Assembly: GCA_013416795.1 (NCBI GenBank)
Contig: RQSC01000014.1
Location: 416,612 to 428,328 of the forward strand
Length of the DNA stretch: 11,717 bases
Reading direction: 5' to 3'
Origin: Prasinococcaceae sp. CCMP 1430
Lineage: Eukaryota; Plantae; Prasinodermophyta
Shown in pieces: positions 5,062-11,717 of this stretch (positions within the stretch are counted from its first letter, which is position 1; each line of letters begins with the position of its first letter). The notes under the pieces are model-generated. The model did not search any database. It saw nothing but the letters and a program-made list of their open reading frames with translations, and was not told where the DNA came from. Position numbers and translations under genes: made by a program.

Positions 5062-7236
5062 ACGGCGGGATTCCCGCTCTCGGTGGACGCGTTCATCGCC
5101 GCGCTGCAGCGGCGGTTCCCGAACGGCCCCGATGGGGGATGGATGGACATGCTCACGGACTTCCTCAGCAAGACGCTCACACAGCCGCGCGGCAAGGCGC
5201 TCCTGGCCGTGTGGCTGCTGTCGACGGGCACGGTGTTCGCCATCGGCGGCGCGCGGTACGCGCGCAGGGCGCAGGAAAAGGCCAGGCGGCGTGCAATGCG
5301 AAAGCTGGCCGGCGGCGGTGGCAGCACAGGGAAGGACGCGAGCGCAAACTCGTGCGCCGAGGGGAAGGACGGCGCCGCAGTGACGGTCGGCGAGGACGCG
5401 GGCAAGCGCTCAGGGCCGACGAAGCGGAGAAGGCGCAACGTGCACCTTATGCGCAACCTGCAGTACATCCTGAGGCGCGCGGTGCCCAACCCGCTCTGCA
5501 AAGAGACGGCACATCTGACGGCGTACAGCGCGCTGCTCGTCGTGCGCGTGTACATGACGATCAAGATAGCCGAACTGACGGGCGGCATCGGCAAGTTCGT
5601 GGGCGCGAGGCAGTGGGACGCCATCTACAAGCAGCAAGTCGACTTCGGCCTCATCTGCATACCGGCGGCCGTGGCAACCACCCTGCTTAAGCTCGAGGCG
5701 AACCAGCTCACCCTGTCGCTGCGAGAGACGCTCGCGCGCTACGTGCACGATCGCTACTACCGCGTCTTCTATCGCGCGTCGTGCGTGGGGCACACGCTTG
5801 ATACCCTGGACCAGCGCGCGACCGCTGACGTCGCGGAGCTCGCCGAGAAGGTCACCAAGCTGTATGGCAACGTGCTCAAGCCCACGCTCGAGGTGGCGCT
5901 GTACTCATACCGCCTGTCGAGAATGATCGGGCCTGCCGAGCTCTCGGTCTTCTTCCTGTACTTCGTCGCGAGCTCCTCGTGGCTGCAGCTCATCATGCCC
6001 CCCTTCGGCAAGCTCACCGCCGAACAGCAACGGCTCGAGGGTGAGCTGCGCGGCCATCACTCGCGCCTGCTCACGCACGCTGAGGAAATTGCCTTCTGCG
6101 GCGGCGGCGAGCGTGAGAAGGAGCTCGCCGACACAGCGCTCAAGAAGATCTCACGCCAGGCCAACGTGGTGCACCTGCTGCGCTCGTGCGTGGGCGTGCT
6201 CGACAGCTACTCCGTGAAGTACGGTGGTACCATGGCCGCGTTCAGTATGATGTTGCCGGCGGTCTACCTGAGCAACCGCAAGTCGACCAAGGGCAAGAAC
6301 ATGGTCGAAACAACCGGGTACTACCTGGTGGCCACGGCGCTCTTCAAGGCGCTCGGCGACGCGTGCAAGGAGCTCTACATGAGCTCGTACAAGGGCGTGT
6401 CCGAGGTGGCGGGCCTCACGCAGCGCGTGTACGAGCTGATGCATCACCTCGAGGAGCGTGGCGCGAGCGGCGGGCCCGACCGCGAGGAGGAGCGCATTCG
6501 CGCGCTCTGCCGCGCACACGAGCGCTGCACGCGCGTGCCGCCAAAGGTCACCATGCTCGAAGCGGACCCTGAAGTGTCCGGGGAAACGCCGCGTGTGAGC
6601 ATGCGACATGTCGACGTGTTCGCCCCCGACGGCCACCTCCTGGTATCAGACATCAACATCGAGGTGCACCAGGGCGCTTCGCTGATCATTGAGGGCCCTA
6701 ACGGTTCGGGCAAGAGCTCGCTGCTGCGCACGCTGTGCGGGCTGTGGCCGCTCGTGTCGGGCGAGGTCATGCGCCCCCGCCCCTCCGCCCAGACGTTCCT
6801 CTTCGTGCCGCAGCGGCCCTACCTCATGCCGGGCACGCTGCGCGCGCTGCTCGTGTATCCAGAGAAGGAACCGAAGGTGCCCGACGCGGCGCTCGACGCG
6901 CGGCTTGCAGAGGCCATGGAACAGGTCGGGCTGAGCTACCTCGCCCCGCGCGAGGGCGGCTGGGACGCGCACCGCGACGACTGGATCGACGTGCTTAGTG
7001 GCGGTGAGAAGCAGCGCGTGGCCATTGCTCGCCTGCTGTTCCATCGCCCGACCTTCGCTGCGCTCGACGAGGCCACCAGTGCGGTGAGCGCCGACATTGA
7101 AGGGAAGCTCGTCGCGCGGCTCATCGCTGCGGGCATCACGCTCATCAGCGTCAGCCACAGGCCCAACCTCAGGCGCTTCCACACGCGCGCGCTCACCCTG
7201 GAAGGCGACGGCGGCTGGAAGGTCAGGAGCATCTGA
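5062..7236 (+). CDS. Peroxisomal-type ABC subfamily D half-transporter (PMP70/PXA-like fatty acyl-CoA importer)
   Basis: TMD with DQR and the EAA-like motif EEIAFCGG. NBD has Walker A GPNGSGKSS, signature LSGGEKQR, Walker B AALDEATSAV and H-loop SVSHR. Stop TGA at 7234-7236. First in-frame ATG is 5143, but coding-like sequence starts at an ACG at 5062. Confidence 0.93.
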   Translation, partial: TAGFPLSVDAFIAALQRRFPNGPDGGWMDMLTDFLSKTLTQPRGKALLAVWLLSTGTVFAIGGARYARRAQEKARRRAMRKLAGGGGSTGKDASANSCAEGKDGAAVTVGEDAGKRSGPTKRRRRNVHLMRNLQYILRRAVPNPLCKETAHLTAYSALLVVRVYMTIKIAELTGGIGKFVGARQWDAIYKQQVDFGLICIPAAVATTLLKLEANQLTLSLRETLARYVHDRYYRVFYRASCVGHTLDTLDQRATADVAELAEKVTKLYGNVLKPTLEVALYSYRLSRMIGPAELSVFFLYFVASSSWLQLIMPPFGKLTAEQQRLEGELRGHHSRLLTHAEEIAFCGGGEREKELADTALKKISRQANVVHLLRSCVGVLDSYSVKYGGTMAAFSMMLPAVYLSNRKSTKGKNMVETTGYYLVATALFKALGDACKELYMSSYKGVSEVAGLTQRVYELMHHLEERGASGGPDREEERIRALCRAHERCTRVPPKVTMLEADPEVSGETPRVSMRHVDVFAPDGHLLVSDINIEVHQGASLIIEGPNGSGKSSLLRTLCGLWPLVSGEVMRPRPSAQTFLFVPQRPYLMPGTLRALLVYPEKEPKVPDAALDARLAEAMEQVGLSYLAPREGGWDAHRDDWIDVLSGGEKQRVAIARLLFHRPTFAALDEATSAVSADIEGKLVARLIAAGITLISVSHRPNLRRFHTRALTLEGDGGWKVRSI

Positions 7237-7589
7237 GACGCGCAGGAGCAGCACGCGGGAGCACCACGCAAACACACAACAGATACGCAAATGCACACTA
7301 CATGGCACTGTGCACGTGCCAAGCGCGGCCGGTCGGCCGCGGGTCTGACACAAGAAATCGCCGGCCAACTGTCCACAGGCCCTCCTCGCTAATACATGCA
7401 TATGGACACGCACACAGCGTCCCGCTGCTCGCACGCGCGCGGCGCGCGCGCCGTGGTGCGTAGCGTGGACAATGTATCGTACAGGGGGCTACCGCGCCGC
7501 GACCGTGCGTGGGCTGCCGCAGCCGGCGCGCCCGTGGCCTCGCGCGCTCGTCAACGAACTTTCTCTGGGCCGCCTCTTGCCACGGGGGC

Positions 7590-8517
7590 CTACCGCAAAC
7601 TCGTCGTCCACAAAAACTTCACCACCGAGAGCACGATGATCACAGGCACCCCGAGCACAAGGTAGGGAGAAAACGTGCCGACGACCTTCCCGACGGGTCC
7701 CAGCTTCTCGAGCAGTTCCTCTTGGTCCTGCAAATTCTCCTCGCTCTTGATGCCCGCCACCTGGTCCGCCATGCTGCGGTAAGGGCTCGCCTTGCGCCCC
7801 AGCACCGAGTCCTTCTCTTCCTCAGTCATCCTCGGGGTGTCGTCCTCGTCCACGAGCTCCTTCCACTCGAGCATCTGGCAAATGGGCGGCGGCGCGTCAG
7901 ACATGCGCGCGCGACTCGCGCGCGCGCACGGGCAGGGCACAGCGGGCGCGGGCGCGTCGCAGAGGGCTCGCAAACCGGGCTCTGGTCGCGAAGGCGCGCC
8001 TCACCTCCTCGGCCAGCACGCGCAGCGTCAGCAAGTCCTCCGGCAGGCGCTCCGCCATGATGTCCGCCAGCGCCTCGGAGAGCTCCTCGCGACTCACGCC
8101 GGACTCGTCCTCGATGCCGAACTGCTCACGGCGCTCGGCGACCGCGGGGTCCTCTGCGCGCGAGCCGGTTGGCGACAGCAGCAGCGATGCGTGGAAAAAT
8201 TAGCACGCGCGATGATGATGCATGCACGCACGCACGCACGCACGAGGGCGGTCTCTCTCTCTTGCGCGCGCGCACGCGCGCGTGCGCACGCGCGCGGGTC
8301 GCCCGCGGCAGGCACGCACGCGCCGAACGCACCGATGGCAAGCGTGAGGCGCAGCTCCTCCGGGTTGAGGTCGCGCTCCGCCTCGAGGTACTTCACGATG
8401 GCGTAGATGCCGTTGGCCAGCTTGACGCGCTCCTCGTCGTCGGCGCGTGCCGCGTCGCCGGCGGGCGCGCAGCGCGCCTCACGGGCGGGCCACGCGGGCC
8501 ACGCGCGCCGCAGCCAT
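7590..8517 (-). CDS. Y3IP1: Ycf3-interacting protein 1 homologue (thylakoid photosystem I assembly factor), spliced; exons ...-8333, 8153-8005, 7874-7590
   Basis: Spliced product reads KLANGIYAIVKYL...ELRLTLAI/EDPAVAERREQFGIEDE..SREELSEAL..I....PEDLLTLRVLAEE/MLEWKEL...YLVLGVPVIIVLSVVKFLWTTSLR*. This matches the recalled plant Y3IP1 pattern, including the C-terminal TM helix. Both introns preserve the frame. The start codon is unresolved (see findings). Confidence 0.85.
7875..8004 (-). other. Y3IP1 intron, 130 nt, phase 0
   Basis: GAG|GTGAGG donor, TCTGAC branch point, TGCCAG|ATG acceptor; joins LAEE to MLEW. Confidence 0.9.
8154..8332 (-). other. Y3IP1 intron, 179 nt, phase 1
   Basis: G|GTGCGT donor, GCTAAT branch point, GCGCAG acceptor; restores the EDP motif. 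Contains a (GTGC)5 microsatellite (8224-8243). Confidence 0.9.
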
Positions 8518-8640
8518 CGCCTCCCGCCGAGCGCACGCCCCGCAGCAGCGCGCGCGCCGAGTGGGTGTGGCACCCCACTCCCACCCCCAACGCGCTGCGC
8601 TGCAACGCGCGCGCCGCGTGGATCAGGTTCGCACGGATCT

Positions 8641-8945
8641 CACACAATTCACAAAAATTAATTCGCCCCGTCGAAATACGATAATCACCATATCTTAGCC
8701 CTCATGTGGGAGAGATATATTTCCGCAGCTTTCGCTGCCGCCGCCGCCCTCCCGGCGGGTGCGCGCGCAGCCGACGCGTTTTTTTTTTTTTTCGTTCCCT
8801 GCCGGTCCTCGTCCTCCCGCCGGCGGCTCATCCGCGGGCGTTGATAGGGATCTTCGCGCGACTCGAGCGTTATCCAATCCGGGATCGCGCACTGAATGAC
8901 GGGCCGTAGATGGGGATCGATTTTTTAAAATTAATTATTTTTCCC
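8641..8945. promoter_or_regulatory. Probable divergent promoter region between Y3IP1 (-) and the sORF/SET locus (+)
   Basis: AT-rich patches at 8641-8720 and 8920-8943, a long T run near 8780-8792 and CCAAT at 8874-8878, between two divergent genes. Confidence 0.5.
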
Positions 8946-9209
8946 GTCGTTCGTGCGTGCGTTCGTGGCAGTCCTCCTGCCGGCGGCTGGTGGAGGGAGC
9001 TGGCGACGTGACTGCGGCACAGTGCACCCCACCCCACCCCTACACACACACACACCGGCGCCCTCGCTCCCCTTCCGATCCGTCCCTCCTCTGCGCGAAG
9101 CCGTTGGTGCAGGCGCTCCGCGGCGCCGGGCAGTCGACGAAGGCGGGGCGGGCCGTCGACGAAGGCCGGCCGCGCGCGCGCGCGCGGCGCGGCGGCCCCT
9201 CGCGCGGGG

Positions 9210-9380
9210 ATGCACGAGGCGCACGAGCACCTGCTGCTCGACGAGCGCTGGGACGGCGCGACTGCGGAGCACTACGCCGTCGCGGCGCTGCTCGTGCTCG
9301 TGCTCGCCGTCGCCGGGGGGGCGATCGTCGCGTACCTGGTCGCGCTGTCGGCGGTGCGCAGGCAGAAGAAGGGCGAGTGA
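9210..9380 (+). CDS. Small single-pass membrane protein, 56 aa (MHEAHEHLLLDERWDGATAEHYAVAALLVLVLAVAGGAIVAYLVALSAVRRQKKGE); not in the ORF track
   Basis: It is the first ATG downstream of the AT-rich patch at 8920-8943. G/C third-position bias is nearly complete. It has an acidic/His N-terminus, a hydrophobic stretch of about 27 residues and a basic RRQKK stop-transfer tail. Confidence 0.7.
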   Translation: MHEAHEHLLLDERWDGATAEHYAVAALLVLVLAVAGGAIVAYLVALSAVRRQKKGE

Positions 9381-9385
9381 GCGCA

Positions 9386-10588
9386 ATGGCGGATGCGGTG
9401 CGCGCCGCCAGGTCCAAGTACGGCGTGGGTCTGTTCGCGCGGAGGGAGCTGCGGGCAGGCGAGGCGGCGTTGCGGGAACGGCCGCTGCTCTTCGTGGTCT
9501 GCGGCGGGCGCCGCCACACAGTGTGCGCCGTCTGCGGCGAGCAGGGAAGCCGGGTGCGGTGGGCGTGTGCGGGCGGATGCGGCGCGCACTACTGCTCGCG
9601 GGCCTGCCTGGAAGCAGACGGACACGGTGCGCATGCAGCCAGGCTGTGCCGTCGCCTTGGCCGAGCGCCGTCCGCGTGCAAGGCCGCTGGCGTCACGCAC
9701 CCCGACGGCGCCGACGCGGTACGCTGGGCGCTCCACGCGCTCTGGCTCCGTGAGAGCAGCCCGGACAGGTGGCACGCGCTGCGCAGGCTCGAGCCGCGAG
9801 ACGAGGATCCCCTTCCCGAGCGTGCGCACGAGGTCCTCGCTGTGCACACGGAGTGTGGCCCCCGCTCCGCGGATAAGCTCATCGATGCCATCTCCCTCGC
9901 CTACGCGGACGAGGGCGAGGGCGAGGGTGCGCGCCTCATCGGCAGCAGCGAGGCCGTCGCACACGCACCGCCTCTGCCGCTGCTCAGGCACCAGCCCCTG
10001 CTGCGCCTGCTGCTTCGCGACGCGCTCAACTCCACGTGCCTCACCGTGGACCCGACCAAGTTTGGCGGCTCGCCCACGGACGCGGCGATGCGCGAGCCCG
10101 CTGTCGTATGCACGTACGCCACGCTGTGCCTGGCCAACCACGATTGCGCGCCCACGTGCGCGCGCGTCGACTCGCGCCCTGCGATGCGCTACGGCGAGGT
10201 CGAGCTGCGCTGCATGATGGACGTGCCCGCCGGCGCCGAGGTCACCATGTCGTACCTTCCGATGGGCGCGACGCGTCACGAGCGGCGTGAGCGGCTCCTG
10301 AGCACGCACGCCTTCGAATGCGCGTGCGAGCGGTGTCAGTGCGAGGCCGCCGAGGAGAGAGATGGCGAGGGCACCACCGAGCACGCGTCTTACTTCTCCC
10401 TGGTGCAGCTGCGGCACGTGTGCCCGTCGTGCGAGGGCACGCTATACCCGCAGCCACGCGCTCGAAAGGGCGAGACTCGCTACGTGTGCAACAACTGGCC
10501 GTGCAACTACTCGCGCTCCGAGCAAGAGTTCTTCGAGCTGCTCGAGGAGGCCTTCGGCTACGGCGGCGGCGGCGACGAGTCGGAATGA
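9386..10588 (+). CDS. SET-MYND lysine methyltransferase, ASHR2/SDG39-like (400 aa from ATG 9386)
   Basis: N-SET strand GVGLFARREL and MYND cysteines (CAVC...CAGGCGAHYCSRAC...H...LC). Also NHDC, EVTMSY, post-SET CACERC and a C-terminal HASYF...CPSCEGTLYP...CNNWPC zinc module, like recalled plant ASHR2. The track extension to 8957 is non-coding-like. Confidence 0.88.
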   Translation: MADAVRAARSKYGVGLFARRELRAGEAALRERPLLFVVCGGRRHTVCAVCGEQGSRVRWACAGGCGAHYCSRACLEADGHGAHAARLCRRLGRAPSACKAAGVTHPDGADAVRWALHALWLRESSPDRWHALRRLEPRDEDPLPERAHEVLAVHTECGPRSADKLIDAISLAYADEGEGEGARLIGSSEAVAHAPPLPLLRHQPLLRLLLRDALNSTCLTVDPTKFGGSPTDAAMREPAVVCTYATLCLANHDCAPTCARVDSRPAMRYGEVELRCMMDVPAGAEVTMSYLPMGATRHERRERLLSTHAFECACERCQCEAAEERDGEGTTEHASYFSLVQLRHVCPSCEGTLYPQPRARKGETRYVCNNWPCNYSRSEQEFFELLEEAFGYGGGGDESE

Positions 10589-10609
10589 GAGGGCGTCTCG
10601 TGAATCGTC

Positions 10610-10614
10610 TGTAA
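10610..10614 (+). terminator. TGTAA polyadenylation signal
   Basis: UGUAA about 22 nt after the SET stop codon, in an AT-rich patch. Confidence 0.6.
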
Positions 10615-10754
10615 ATGTACCATATACTGTACTCATTTGCGCGCGCGTTGGCCTCTGCGCCAGCGTCAGCGCCCCATCGGCTTCGAGTCGTCGAGTCTTG
10701 GCGGTGGTCGTGCGCTCGCGGGCGGCCCCGGCTTCTGCGCACGCACTCGCGCTT

Positions 10755-11609
10755 TCAGCATCCCGCGTTGAGGCCTCGCCGCTGCGCCAGCGCTTGTCTC
10801 CTGGCTTCCTTCGTGCGCGCGAGCGCTGCGTTTATCCTGCGCTTGGGGTCGAAGGGCGCCTGCTTGACGCTGCCGCCCAGCACCTCGGACGCCTCCTTGC
10901 GCACGATGCCCGTCTGTGTGGAAAACAGTCCCGCGGCGACGTCGTTCTCCTTGTCGAACAACGCATCCTTGTCGGGCTTGTCGGCTGGCTCCGCCTCCTC
11001 GACAGTCGGCATGAGCGGCACAAATTTGGAAGTGATCTCAGCGGCCGCGCCAGCGTTGGCACCAGCGCCCTGAGACTTTGCCGGCGACGGCGAGATGAGC
11101 GATATGCTCGGCGCAGCGCGCGCGCGCCGAATGGCCGCCTCGTCGGCCGTGAAGCTCTCCGTGATGCAGCAATCGCTGTCGGGCGAGGCGGCCACGATTG
11201 CGCCCTGACCGAGGGTGCTGTGGGGCGCGACGGGCGGTGGCGTGGCGGCCTCGCCCTCGCGCAACGTGAAGAGCGCCGCCGCGCGACTCCTGCTCGCGCC
11301 ACCCGTGGCCGCTTTCGCGGCGGCCGTCCCCTCCTTCTTGACCATGACCGAGGCCGCGCCGCCGGCGGCCGGGCCGCCCGCGGCGGCCTGCCCCTTGCCC
11401 ATGCCGCCCTCGGCGCCTCCCTCAGCGGCGTCCGCGCGCTGGCCAGCCGCCACCACGGGCGTCTTGGGCGCGCTCAAGGCGCGCTCGTGCGCCTCGAGCA
11501 GCTCGATGAGCACCACGCTCTTCTGGTTGGCGTGGAAGCCGAGCTTCTTCGCGCGCCGCTGCAGCTCGCGGCGCGGCATCTCGGCGATGGGCCTCTTCCA
11601 CTTCCCCAT
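10755..11609 (-). CDS. 284-aa protein with N-terminal SAP/HeH-like motif, disordered middle, KEN box and basic C-terminal helix (NuSAP-like architecture)
   Basis: ATG 11609 (MGKWKRP). RRELQRRAKKLGFHANQKSVVLIELL is SAP-like. It also has DKEND, several SP/TP sites and a C-terminus TKEARRQALAQRRGL. Codon bias is coding-like; stop TGA at 10755-10757. Confidence 0.75.
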   Translation of the reverse strand: MGKWKRPIAEMPRRELQRRAKKLGFHANQKSVVLIELLEAHERALSAPKTPVVAAGQRADAAEGGAEGGMGKGQAAAGGPAAGGAASVMVKKEGTAAAKAATGGASRSRAAALFTLREGEAATPPPVAPHSTLGQGAIVAASPDSDCCITESFTADEAAIRRARAAPSISLISPSPAKSQGAGANAGAAAEITSKFVPLMPTVEEAEPADKPDKDALFDKENDVAAGLFSTQTGIVRKEASEVLGGSVKQAPFDPKRRINAALARTKEARRQALAQRRGLNAGC

Positions 11610-11717
11610 CGCGGCCCGCGCTCGCACCGCGCGCCGCCTCGTCGCGCCCCTGCCGGCGAGGACGCGCGCACAGACGGGCCTGCGTAGGGCGCCGGGCGCC
11701 GGCCGAGGCGCACCCGG

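Noticed and set aside
7324-7341. 8-bp GC hairpin in the ABCD/Y3IP1 convergent spacer
   Set aside because: Short GC-only inverted repeats are expected by chance here, and intrinsic terminators are not relevant to Pol II genes.
8703-8711. TCCCACATG on the - strand, resembling the plant snRNA upstream sequence element
   Set aside because: No properly spaced TATA box and no recognisable snRNA, 7SL or TR sequence downstream.
9171-9186. (CG)8 run and similar alternating CG tracts (5046-5060) as Z-DNA elements
   Set aside because: GCGC runs are pervasive in the introns and UTRs of this window, so nothing marks these as special.
8957-9385. 143-aa N-terminal extension of the SET ORF
   Set aside because: It starts at a non-ATG codon and is low-complexity. 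The biased coding signal in 9210-9380 is in a different frame (the small TM ORF).
9272-11687. Large overlapping opposite-strand ORFs 9272..10417 (-) and 10362..11687 (+)
   Set aside because: Stop-poor antisense frames are expected at this GC content, and they have no recognisable motifs.

Overview
GC-rich, gene-dense nuclear DNA from a green alga, probably prasinophyte-like. The assignment rests on TTTAGGG telomere repeats, a Y3IP1 homologue, GT-AG introns with CTGAC/CTAAT branch points, TGTAA poly(A) signals and a chlorophyte-type PACRG. Left to right: a possible last exon of an upstream gene; an internal (TTTAGGG)n array built from two copies of a palindrome-plus-telomere-tract module; a Lys/Ala-rich protein with a DMSLDDI UAP56-binding motif (UIF/FYTTD1-like, +); a cyclic-nucleotide-dependent (PKG-like) kinase (-) that is in frame with the N-terminal half of PACRG; a motif-rich divergent intergenic region; a peroxisomal ABCD half-transporter (+); a spliced Y3IP1 gene (-); a 56-aa single-TM ORF ending 5 nt before an ASHR2-like SET/MYND gene (+, bicistron-like); and a SAP/KEN-box NuSAP-like protein (-). 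The most unusual items are the palindrome-seeded telomere module, the half-PACRG/PKG fusion, the candidate bicistron and a probable ACG start for the ABCD gene. An N at 4241, a truncated gene and a frameshift mean assembly error is a live alternative for several oddities. All homology calls come from recalled motifs, not database searches.
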